From contig CAJINV010000009.1 of NCBI GenBank assembly GCA_905178155.1, positions 682,001 through 746,000 of the forward strand: DNA of 64,000 bases. Reading direction: 5' to 3'. The position numbers and the translations under genes are program-made. Below are positions 37,877-49,439 of the stretch, in pieces (the first letter of the stretch is position 1; the number at the start of each line of letters is the position of its first letter). This DNA is from Amoebophrya sp. A120. Its lineage: Eukaryota > Protista > Dinoflagellata. Below the pieces are notes generated by a model. That model made no database searches and had not been told where the DNA came from. It worked only from the letters and a program-made list of their open reading frames with translations.

Positions 37877-40800
37877 ATGATGACAGTGTGCAAAACGGGA
37901 GGCGCCATGTTGACGCTGCGTGGCCGAGTAGGTGCACACCGAGGCTTGCCAGTATTTTCAGCGGTGCCCTCCCCTTTTGGTCGTACGCCCCGTGTGTTGC
38001 GGAGGTCCACTGCGAGTACGTTTGCCGGCGTGGTAGAGCTTTTGATTCTCTGCGCAGCACTTGCGTTCTTCCTGGTCCTTCCCCCCGGGAGTGGCACTGT
38101 CAATGTCATTTTACTGCAGAAACTGGTGCTGCAGCTGCCGATGTCGGCGCTATTAGCTTGTCCTGTGGATGCAGTGCGAGCACCAGATGAAGTGCAGCAA
38201 GTTGACGCCGTGAAGATGAAGAACGAAGATGAGGAGGAGCTGTTGAAAGCAAAGAGTGCAGCTGTTACATCCGACCATACGGCCATCGGCACTAGCGGAA
38301 TCAGTTTCATCGAGAAAGAAGAAAAGCAACAAGAGAGGCAGCAAACCACTCGAGTTTCGAAAAGACGAAACAGGCACAAACGCCGTCGTCGGATACGAAA
38401 AAAAATAGCGAAGCAAGGCGAGGAGAAAATAGAAGCCAAGAAAGAGAAACTGGCGCTGAGACTCGTGCATGAGAAACAGCATGAGGGGCGAAGGGAAGGA
38501 AGAACAGGAAGAACAACCACCGGGGTTCTTGTACAGCGCAACAAGCTCGCACTGCGACAACGTGAGCGGCTGCGAAGGTTGAAGCTGCATGTTTTGGAGC
38601 AGAGGAGGGAGAGCGCGAGGACACTGGCGACGATCCAACGAAGGACACAGAAAGAGGCACAAAGGCGACTGCGGAAGCAAGCAATCCTGTTGAAGAACAA
38701 GCAAAAAAGAAAAAACATGAAGAAAGAGGAGCACCAGCACCAGCGCGAACAAGAAAAGGAAAATCACAAAAAGGCGCAACTGAAGAAAGCGAGAAAAGAA
38801 AGCACTGCGCGGATAGCAGCACAGGAGCAGAAGATGAAAAAAACAGGACGAGAAAATGTGTTGCAGGAACAGGAACGCGAATTCCAGCAGGAAGAGAAAG
38901 AACAAGTAGGACTGCCGGATGTTAGTGATTTTCTTAAACTGGGCGAAATGCCGCAATTCCCCGACATCCACCAAATGAACGACCAGGCGACGCTTGATCC
39001 TCATGAGTGGTTCAAACACGTAGACGACCCCGACAACGAACTTAAGACTGGCGAGTTTTTCAGTTGGCAAGATGACGGTGCCCATTGGGAATGGTTTCCA
39101 TATCCCCATCAGGTGCATGACTATGAAGATTTCACCCCGACGTTTGACACAGACCACATTACCTCTGATGACGACCACTACTCCATCGAAAACTTCAAAA
39201 AGAAACTTCACGGCAAAGAGATGGATTTTGGCGAGTTCATCAAGTTTATGACCCACGGGCAGTGTGACGTCGCTGGGGTGGGTATGCAAGAAAAATCAAT
39301 CTGTGCTAGTGCTGTTGTAGAAAGAAGAAGTACCTGGCATGTAAGTACCAAGCCTAGTAAATATTTTTTTTACATGCTTCTACTCTTTCTGCTGATGCAT
39401 TTTTGGAGTGTCATCCATGATTGAAGAAGACGCACCCCTCCGCACGTCGACGTCGCTCCCTAGTGTAGGATAAATGATGACGATGATCATAATACTTACT
39501 TATGTAGTGAGGTAAAGTGGGTTTTCATGTCGTCCTTCTGTCTGAGCATGACTGACGTCGTCGTGTCAGACATACTCACAATGCGTTTTCTTCACCGAAA
39601 AACAATACACTCGCACATGTTTTTTTCTTGGATAGTAGAGTACGACCCTCCTGGCTGTGACGACGCGGAATTCACGTACGACAACCCAAACTCGGCCTAT
39701 GGGGCTATTGGTGCGGGGTGTATGGGTGTCACGGAGGACCACAATCCCCCCATTGGCGAGGCTTGTCCGACACAGCTCACCGATCCTCAGCGCGACGAGT
39801 ATGCGGAAGACGGTACGTACGCTGGCGCGCACATGAGCCTGCTTGAGTCGCTGGGAATCGATCGCGTCGTCGACGATAAAAACCTCGGAGACGAGAAGGA
39901 GGGAAAGTGCAACATGGAAGATCTGAAGAATCTGTTCGAGAAGATGACGAGCGACGACGAAGCGCTGGTAAATATCCAGGATCAGGAAAGCGAAGCAGAC
40001 CATCAGGTCGAAGTTCGCGAAGACGCCCTCAAGCACGGAAATGCCCACTTGTCGCTGGGCGACGTGACGGCAGCACAGATCATGCACAATGCGGACGTGA
40101 ACGGCAATCCCACAAAGGATGGCCAATACCACGTCGACCAATTCGAGATGCAGGATTACATGTTGAACCTATCCAGGAAAAAACACCCGTCCCCATCCAA
40201 TTTGTCATGCAGAACATGCATAAACATAAACTCCCGCGCTTGTCATGCAAGAAATGGATGGGGATGGGTGTTTCTTCCTGGATAGAACCACGCGTCCAAG
40301 GATGAGTGCGAGGCTGTTGGCGGAAGCGACTACTGGCTTGTATGGGAGTGCCAGAATCGAAATTGACAAAGTTGAAATAAGGGTGCCTCTATTGCAGAGG
40401 AGGCAAGGGAGGCAGATTATAGTCCTGGCACGGGGAGGATGCTGATGCAAGAGGATGCAAGGAAGGCCCTTTGCCCTAAACAGCCCGACAGATTCGCTTC
40501 CGGTGCGGGAGAAATTTATGATCTGTGTGTCCAACTACTGGCAGCGATTTTTTATGCTTTACACATTTTTCAACTTTGTGGATTTCGATCCTGAAACTGC
40601 CATAGCAGGTCGTGAACAAATACAGGCAATCGTCGGAGTACACGGAATACATGGAGGAATACAACGAAAACCTGAACACCGCTTACAAGTCTGCAAGAGA
40701 ACCACAGTGGACAGGTGGACTGAAAGTGCCTTTTGTCGATTACAGTTGGTTAGCCACGGACGAGTCGCTACAACCCGGTCAGCAGGTGGGAATGCTTAAC

Positions 40801-43800
40801 CAAGGACACTTCAGCACGACCGGCACCGATGACCAAAATCCCATGCCTGACTACCACGACATCCTGATGGACTCACTCGGGGATGATGCGGAGCATCCCG
40901 TCCACGCGGAGGACGTTGGCATCGACTTCAAATCGAAGCCAGGTGACGGTACGGATCAGGTCGACCCGTACCAGATGACCAAAGATCTCTTCGAGCAGTC
41001 AAATCAAAACGGCGGAACGGAGATGCACGGCTGGGAGCTAGCCACGCAAACTCGAGCCCACGACGACTACGAGGAGTTGACAGATGAGTTGACAGGGGTG
41101 AACGCGGCAGACACAGAAGATAAATTCAAAGCATTTTTCAACGACCACGACTCGTCGCATCACATGGCGCTGTACCGGACGCTCGGGGGACAAGGGCAAC
41201 CAAGCGAGCACAACGTCGACGTTCTGTGGGACAAGTTGCAAGCAAAGGCGACTAGTAGTGAAAGTGTGGAAGATGTCGTTGGTCATTACATGTCCCCTCT
41301 CCTCAATCATGACAATGTGGATGACCTCCTCCATGTGGAAGGCGACGATCCGGAGGAAAGCCATGGCGTGCTTTCGCCTACCGTACCGCCGGGTGACGCG
41401 GTGCATGAAAGCATAGAACCTGCGCAAGCGGCGCCGACAGACGGGATTGCAGGCACCGGGATCTCGACGTGGACTGCCGGGGAATTGCTGGCTGTTGGTG
41501 CGACTGTTGGGGGTACTTTCTACTTAAAAAGCCAAGCAAAACGGAAAGCCAAGGCAGCGGCCTTGGAACAAAAAGCCTACGATGCCGAGATGAAGAAACT
41601 GCATACCGTGGCTGTACAGGAAGAGGAGGAACGCGTGAAAGCCGCTGCGGAGCAGGAGGCCGCCAGGTATGCGGCGTCCCCCGAGGGAATTGCTGCGCGG
41701 CTATCGAAAGGAGAAACCCCCCCTCCCCATAGCGGAAACGAAATTTGTGATGCTGTATTTGAGGTCACAAATCGACTTGTCATGCTAGAAGGCCAAGAGC
41801 CGCAGCAGTGGCCTCTTTTGCAGGCAATTTGTCATGCTGTTTCCCACTCTCAGCTGCCTCCTATCATGCTGAAGATGCAAGGCTTCCCCACGCCACCCAG
41901 CACTACAGTCCGCGTCTTTTCCCGTGTAGCATGACAAAGCTGATTTGTGACAACAAATCTGCATCACAGATTTCCGCTTTGATATGGGGAGGGGGGATTT
42001 TTCCTTTTGATAGCGGCAGAAGGCGGAGGACGAGGAGAGGTTATCCAGGAAAAAACACCCATCCCCATCCAATTTGTCATGCAAGACATGCATAAAAAAA
42101 GTCCACTCCACTATTTGTCATGCAAAACATGGATGGGGATGGGTGTTTTTTCCTGGATAGAGGTGGCGAAAAGCGCACGAGGCAATGCAGGAGAAATTCA
42201 AACCGCAGGCACGCGATGCGGCCTTGGAGGACCTCCGGAATCACAATTCCCCGGGCGCTTTTCTTCCTGCAGCGGAACAAGAAGATCGGCGCGCTGCCGC
42301 GCCTCTTTCAGTTGCAGATGAGTGGGGAACCGACGACGACGACGAGCGGCTTGCGAACAAGAAGAAACGGGAGCTGGACAAGCAGTTGATGGCGAAGCGA
42401 AAAGAGAAGGAAAAACGCGAGGGCGGGCGTGGTCGCTCAACGAGGGCAGACAAGATAGAGAAGCGTCGGCGTCACCGGAACAAGAATCGTAAACGTAGCG
42501 AATACGAAGAAGGCGACTACGCGGCCGCCAGCGCTGCATCTAGTACCTCGTCTTCGCTGCAAGTGGCAGAAGTGCCCAAGGACAAGGACGCGAAACATGT
42601 TATTGGTTCTGCAGCGGTATTGAGCCAGCGGGGGGTGGAGACTGACGATGAAGAAAATCGAGCCTCTGCTCCTATAGTTCCCGAAGAAGAAGGAGATTAT
42701 TTGAAAACGACCTACAACACGGGCGGAAGGACTGAGGCAGTCGAAGACCTCAAGACGAAGCGCAGCGGCCACTTCAGTCATAATCTAGCGCTTGATGACC
42801 ACGGGAGCGAAGCTGCAGACGCGAAACAACAAAATGCTGGCGCAACGAAGCAGCCACCGAATTTATCACCTGTTCCTCTGACCGATAAAGCGGAACACGA
42901 ACAAATGATAAGGGCTCCCAACTACATCTTCGAAGACAAAAATTCGCTGGTGGACGAAGGCGACGAGTTACGAGAAACAGCAGACGAAGTTGACGGTGGA
43001 GAGGAGAGCAGCGACGACCAGGGCGATGAGGGCGACGAGCAGGAGTTTTCCTCGGAAGACGACGACGACTTTCCTAAGAACACCAACGGTCAAGAAATAG
43101 ACCCATCATCTGAAGAGGAAGAGCTGCAGGAAGCCGAAGTTGCAGAAGTAGACGACGTGTTTGATGTCGAAAACGAAAAAAGAACGCCAACAGCAAAAAC
43201 CGGTGAAAACAACAAGAGTGCTGCTGCTGCTGCTGCACTGCTTTTCTCGACGTCCGCCTCGCAAAAGCTGGAGTTTTTGGATGATGTCAAAGTACCACCA
43301 CCAGCTTCCGAGGGCGGAAAAAGCGGTGGCTTTCGTCTCACAAGTCGCGCGCCAGGGACGGACAAATCCGGCTCAGAAGTGCACGCGCTTCCAGCCGATG
43401 AAGATGAAAGTGAAAATACTGACACGACGGTCATCAAAAGTAGGATGGGCAAATCAATGACGAACAGTGTAGGAGCTGAGGCAGGAGGAGCTGCTCGTAG
43501 TTCATCCTCAAGAGCAGAAACTAATGCAGCGGCATCTACTTATCGGTCCTCCACGGCAACAAGTCGCCCGGCTGGGGCGTCACTGCGTGGATCGAGTCGG
43601 GCCATGAAAATGCGCGACGTGGTCCTCGCGTCTTCAAATGTCGTGCAAGCACCAAACGCAAACGACGCTGCGCTCGGGGAATCCAGTTCCGAAGGAGAGG
43701 ATGAGGCTGAGGAGGACGAGCAAGATGAACAGTATGAAAGACTTGCTGGTGCCGGCAGATCGTCCCATACCCGTAGCTTCCAAAACGATGGAGACCGGCC

Positions 43801-45841
43801 GAGGCACTACGAAAGGTTTGGCATCGCGTTAGAACAAGATGAACCCGCGATTGTTGATAGCACCAGCTTCCACCTGCCCGCAAGATCCAGCACAGGAAAA
43901 ATTGCTACCTTCTTCGTCTTGCTCGTGCTCTTAGGAGGTCTTCTTGCAGTGTACTTTACGGACTTCGACCTTCGCGGAAGTGGGGCGCGATTGGTTATGC
44001 GGCTACAGGCGTTGCGGCTGCGCACCCTCGCACAGCCAGCCTTGGAGGGGGACAACAACAACATCACCGCGGACGAGTATCTTCCGGTAGCAGAATCCGG
44101 AGCTTCTCCCCAGTGCGCACAAGACGGGCGACTTGTAGTAGCTGGGGCGCTCCTCGACCAAGACGGTCGGGGACAACTACCTGCGTCCCGGAAAGTTCGA
44201 TTTGCGAGGTTTATCGCCAAGGGAATCAGCTTTGTCCGCGAATCCGTTTGTTCTTTCGCAGCTGGCGGCGTAGCCAGCGCGGGCGAGGAGGAGGAGGGGG
44301 CGATAGTTGGGTTATTAGCTGCGGCCCCTGGTGGTCGTGCAGATACAACCACTTCTACTGGGGCAGCCACAGATGGCATCATCGACGGAGAGAACTCCAT
44401 GCCGCGTTTGGAGGTCGGCGTTCCGCAGAATCATGTCAACGGAGCTGCTGATGTCCCCCCGGAGACTGTTGGTGCTGCTATAGGAGGTGCTGCACCCGGA
44501 ACCATAAACAGAAGCGGTGCAGCAGTGCCAGCGCATTTGCTGTCCGCAGTTTCCACTTCTAACCACCGCCCTACTGGCCGCCGTTTTGTCGCTGGGGCGA
44601 TCCCACGACTGAATCGCCCCCGAGCACCGGGGCGTGCCGCGAACGCCGAGCCCATCAATATCCGCCCGGCCGCAACATCAACATCTAGTACGAACTACGG
44701 CGGTGGCACGGGAGGAACTTTCGGCGACGATATTGTACTACCTGCCGGCGGCGCTGCGCACGCACACGCTAGAGGCGGTGTTCGGTTCTACCCCCGGGCG
44801 GCGCGTGGGAGAATTGCGTACAGGAACAATCAGCATGCGCTTCACGACCGCGTGAATCCCAACCGAAATACTCGAGCAGTGCCAGCTGGTTCCCCGATAG
44901 CAGGAACGCAGGAGCCAGCACAGCAAAACAGCGCGACCTCGTCTCACAATCATGGACGACAGCACAATGATCCTCCACTACAACAAGCGAATGAGTCGCG
45001 ACAGCTACGGGGACGGGTGGTAGGAAGCTACGTCAACCCTTCTGCTGCTGCAGCTGCCGTGCAACAAGAGCAGAGTCGACGAGGTCGCTTCCGACCACAA
45101 CAAGCACCTCCGCGGCGGCCATTGGTTATCGCTGAAAGAGGAGTACACGGCCGGCAGCGGCTTGTGGCAAATAACAACCAGCGGCTGTATAATGCGACGA
45201 GAGGGGCGACGAGTAGGAGTAATCCAAGCGCCGATTTCCAGAACGAAGCGATGTGCACCTCCGCTGCAGCAGGTGACCACGAGGACGAGGAGGACGAAGT
45301 TGCAAGAAACATCGCCGTCGAAAATAACTTTGTCACAGAGGACGACGATGAAGATGCATACGATGAAGTTGAAGACGAGGAAAACTCTCTACTTCTCGGA
45401 GTCGGAGATGAGCGCGATTATTTGTATGGCTACGAGGCAGGAGAGCTGGAGGATTATCAGTACGCAGATGAGGAGGACCTTGTGTTCGATGCGGGGCGTG
45501 ACGACGAGTTGCAGTTGGACTTGCAAGATGATCAAGTAAACCAGCATTGGAACGTCGGTATAATTGGAGGCGCCGGGCGGCAAAACCACGCACCAGACAC
45601 AGCGGGCTACGAAAATGGACGCGGACACGCGGCAGGGGGTCGTCGTGATGAAGAAGCTGATGGAGATGACCAAGAGGTGGAAGACGAATTTCTAGAAGAG
45701 GGCCCCGACCCCGAGCAGCAACATCAAGCAGAGGGTGCAACCGGCGTGCTACAGCGAGATGAACAAGATCATGAACGGAGCTCGGGACGACTCGATCGGC
45801 GCGCAGCCAAGAACGTCGATCGGCAAAACCGCTCTTCCTGA
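37877..45841 (+). CDS. very large acidic membrane protein (~2260 aa); exons 37877-39281, 39639-40169, 40290-40339, 40609-41701, 42018-42041, 42165-45841
   Basis: Four long ORFs and two micro-exons join in one frame (6780 nt total) after removing five introners. Hydrophobic segments near the N-terminus, at ~41480-41525 and at ~43900-43960. Start codon uncertain. Confidence 0.7.
39283..39634. mobile_element. decayed introner (352 bp), now a GT-AG intron 39282-39638
   Basis: TATGCAAGAAAAATCAATCTGTGCTAGTG vs reverse complement TATCCAAGAAAAAAACATGTGCGAGTG. Imperfect TSD GTGGG/GTAGA. Confidence 0.75.
40170..40284. mobile_element. introner/MITE, family C (115 bp), TSD GAACC
   Basis: 30-bp TIR TATCCAGGAAAAAACACCCGTCCCCATCCA with 2 mismatches. 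GAACC at 40165-40169 and 40285-40289. Excision gives YMLNH|ASKDEC. Confidence 0.94.
40341..40604. mobile_element. introner, family D (264 bp), now a GT-AG intron 40340-40608
   Basis: TATGGGAGTGCCAGAATCGAAATTGACAAAGTTGAAA vs reverse complement TATGGCAGTTTCAGGATCGAAATCCACAAAGTTGAAA. Shares internal TGCCTCTATTGCAGAGG with the 15221 copy. Imperfect TSD GCTTG/GCAGG. Confidence 0.88.
41702..42012. mobile_element. introner/MITE, family A (311 bp), TSD GCGGC
   Basis: TIR TATCGAAAGGAGAAACCCCCCCTCCCCATA pairs with TATGGGGAGGGGGGATTTTTCCTTTTGATA, with imperfect pairing extending ~85 bp. GCGGC at 41697-41701 and 42013-42017. Confidence 0.93.
42042..42159. mobile_element. introner/MITE, family C (118 bp), TSD GAGGT
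   Basis: Perfect 30-bp TIR TATCCAGGAAAAAACACCCATCCCCATCCA. GAGGT at 42037-42041 and 42160-42164. Excision gives EDEER|WRKAHEAMQEK. Confidence 0.96.
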
Positions 45842-46544
45842 AGGACGGGGCGGAAGTCTTTGCAAGAAGAAGTAGAAGCTCTACTTCTTCTCTTCTTGCT
45901 TTTGATGTACTAGTACCGTGGTCATGCTGCAGGTGCACGTTCACTGAACGCAAAAGAAAGCGAATACTTCGAGCTTTCCAGGAAAGGTTTTGAATGATGA
46001 AACTAGGAAAACCACAAAAATTTTATTTACTTCTTTACAGTACTTTATGCTTATGCACCTAAGTGGAAATGCTAGAGGTTGAGAATAACCTTAACCACAT
46101 GCATTCGCAGTTCTGATTTTACTCTCGCTATTCTAAACTAATGACAGGAATCTAACTTTGAAATGTGAAGAGCAACAAATGATGTACAAAATGTATAAGG
46201 CAAACCAAAAACGACCATGTATGAAATGAAAAGCCAACCCCAGCAACGATTTTTTCCCCTGTTTATGGAGCGCGCCGTGCATGCGCTTTTCCTTCTTTCA
46301 AGCCGAAAGAACCTTCTCACTTCCACCAAGAGAACGAGAAGTCTCGACGAGTCACTAATTTTGATGTATGTTGATACTATCTAGTTTATTGCCAACTCAG
46401 AGATTGAAATTAATAGCAATAGCAGTGGGCCAGGCCGTCAAAGTACGCAAAACAAATTAAAAAGCTGACTGTATATGAATGTACAAAGTTTGAAATAATC
46501 GCGCGCGAGTTTGCTTTTGTGTATTATATTGCGATGCATCGAGG

Positions 46545-48874
46545 TTGCACTAGTCCGGCGGGTCTTCCGGGGAGAGGAAGTCCCCGAGGCCTGGGGCCGG
46601 GCGGTGCTCACGATGCTTCACAAAAAAGGGGACAAGAGTCAGGCGCGGAACTACAGGCCGATCGCTCTGCTAACGTTTGGCGAGAAGCTTCTCGGCCTAA
46701 TAATCCTCAAGCGGATCGAAACCGAAGCCGCGGCCACGATCGACAAACGGCAAAAGGGGTGCACGCGTGGGCTCAGTTGCAGGCACGGGGTCTTCCAGAT
46801 CCTGCGCGACATGGAAAAATGCAAAAGGGAAGGGCGGCAGGTGTTTCTCGTCTTCGCTGACTTCCTGAAGGCGTTTGACAGTCTAAGCTGGGCGGTCATG
46901 TATAAGGTACTCCGGCGCCAGGGGCTGCCTGACTACATCGGCAATGTCGTGCGCAGCATGTACGATGGTCGGGCTACAGTCTGCATCCGGCTGGCGCGGG
47001 GCCGGCACACCAAGCACATCAAGCAGCGCGCAGGCATAAGGCAGGGCAGTTCGCTGTCCCCGCTCGTGTTTGCGATCGTGCTTGACTTCGCAATCGCTCA
47101 GTTTGCTGAAGTGATGAAAGAGGAAAAGTGCTGGTCCACCGCGCAGGCCCGGGGGTTTGCCATGGGGCTGCTCGGGTTTGTTGACGACCTTGTGGTAAAA
47201 ACGGGGCGCGAAGAAGACGCACAGTTCGCAGTCCGGGAGTTGGCAGGGGCGTGCCGGTTCGTCGGGCTGGAACTCAATGCGGACAAGGGGAAAACGGAGG
47301 TCATGGTCGTCAACCAACCGAGCAAGGAACGAAAATACGAATACGCAATGACAGAGCGGAGCGTCATACCCGAAGAGGAAGGGGTCGCAACCACCGAGGG
47401 AACACTGGTAGAGTGAGACGGGGTGGACCTGCGAAAAGAATACAGGGATGCAGCGGCACAAGTGTGCACCCGCCGCATGGGGGATTTGAGCCCGACCCAC
47501 TTGTTGATATGGGACAGCGGTCACTACAACGTGGTCAAGTTCAAGGCCTCCGGCTGGGTGATTCTGGATAACGGGAAGGCGATGCGGCTTACCCGCCTGG
47601 GGCGCAGGGAGTACATCCTCGACAAGCACAACGAACACCGATGCCCAAAGTGTGGGGATGTGTTGGACGACGCAAAGGCTCTGAAATACCACTTGGCGAC
47701 CGGGTTCTGCAGAAAAGACAAAACGATCCACGAACAGAGAACCATACGGGTGGCCAGGGTGGTAGAGCAAAAGAAAAAAGGCGAAAGGGAATCCCCTGAG
47801 GCGGGGCCGGTCGACATCTGGCACGACGGGAAGCAGATCGCCTCGGTGGCGAGGTTTGTCTACCTGGGCACAGAAATAGACCGGAACGCAACCACTTCGT
47901 CGGAGACCCGACGGCGCTGCGCCATGGCCTTGAGCGTGGTGCGGTCGCTGTCAAAGATCTGGCGCGATAGGGAAATCCCGAAACACCTAAAAGCCGCCCT
48001 GTATAGATCGCTCTGCATCAGCGTGGCCCTCTACAATGCCGAAACTTGGGCGACAGCGGAAGCCGACGAGCAGACGCTCCGGAACTTCCAGAGGCAGGCG
48101 CTCAGGTTCATCCTCGGATACTGGGAGTGGCAGGAAGTGCCGCCAAAGGAAGAGATGCGCAAGGCATTGGGGGTGCAGACCATAGAAACCGAGCTTCGGG
48201 AAAAACGGATAGCGTGGATCGCCCATGCCGCTAGAGATCCGCACGGCGAGGGATCAATAACCCGCATCGAGGACGAGATCAAGGAAAAAACGAGATGGGG
48301 AAAGCTGGCGGCGGACGACCTTGACTACTACCGGGTCAAGGTCGCCGACCTGAAGGCGCAGCGGCCAACGGGGGCGGTGGTGCGAGAGATGATAGTGCGG
48401 CGCAGACCCTTCGCTACGGTGAAACGGGAACCAAAAAAGAAGGGCCCTGCACCGGGAAAACCGTCAAAGAGGTCCAGAGAGATGCAGGAAGAGAGGCGCC
48501 AGCGGTTGGAAAAACAGAGGGAAGAGCAGGCACAAGCTGCGCAGGCACTAGTAGACGCCCTGTCGGGAAAGCATTGGGAGCCATCGGGTAGCCGGGCGGG
48601 TTTTTGGGAGCTAGAAGAAGACCCGCAGTGCGTCTTCGAGGTCAGCGAGGTCTTCTTCTGCGAAAACACGGGGAAAGAGGAAGTAAATGTAGCCGGAGTG
48701 TGGTTCCAGAAGGAAGATGATGGCACATATATCCTCCGATAGGGAACGACTCCGAGAAGAAGGAAAAAACGAAGATGATAGAAATGCACGCACATCCACG
48801 ATTCAATCGATTATTTCAGACTACAAGGACTGCTTTTTACTGAAACCGGATAAGCGTATGAACTGAACTGAACT
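46545..48874 (+). mobile_element. 5'-truncated non-LTR retrotransposon (RTE-like LINE)
   Basis: 12-bp TSD GATGCATCGAGG at 46533-46544 and 48875-48886, and a (GAACT)3 3' tail. RT motifs are present but no upstream endonuclease domain. Confidence 0.92.
46547..48742 (+). pseudogene. reverse transcriptase ORF of the LINE, 5'-truncated, with an in-frame TGA at 47414-47416
   Basis: Motifs KKGDK..NYRPIALL, DFLKAFDSL, GIRQGSSLSP, FVDD, GLELN..KTEVM, FVYLG and ALYNAETW. ORFs 46511..47416 and 47423..48742 share a frame. Confidence 0.9.
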
Positions 48875-49439
48875 GATGCATCGAGGAGTGTTGATGACCA
48901 CGATAAACTACCAAGCAAACTACGAAACATTTGTTGATTCCTGCTATCGGGGCCGCTTTTGATAAAGCAGGGTAAAAATGTAGCCTATTCGTGGGGCAGC
49001 TGCAGAGATGAGAAAATTGCAAGGATAAACAAAGTCTCACCAGTTTTGGTCTGCACTCTGTATTTTTTTTGTGCCGTGCCGGTGAAAGCCGCAATGGTTC
49101 ATTCGCTGTCGAAGTGTTGTCTTTTTGAAGATGTTCTTTAATTTTGCGTATCCACTTTGGGAGCCAAAGCCGCCGGAAGTTTGCCTTGTTGCAAGAGACC
49201 GAACACGATCATGCGCACGCTTCGAGATCATCGACGAACACAGTTGTCACGAGGACTTGTATTTGGAAGGCGGAGCCCACAGACTAAAGTGATTCAACTA
49301 AGGAATAGAAGGGTAGTGTCGGCATAATAAACTAAAAGTGTAGCTGCACTCATCTAAGCTAGGATCAAAGACAAAGGATATATGAAGATGAGGGAGTGAG
49401 AGAGCAGACAGAACTACAAGCAGAACGCCCGTACAAAAG

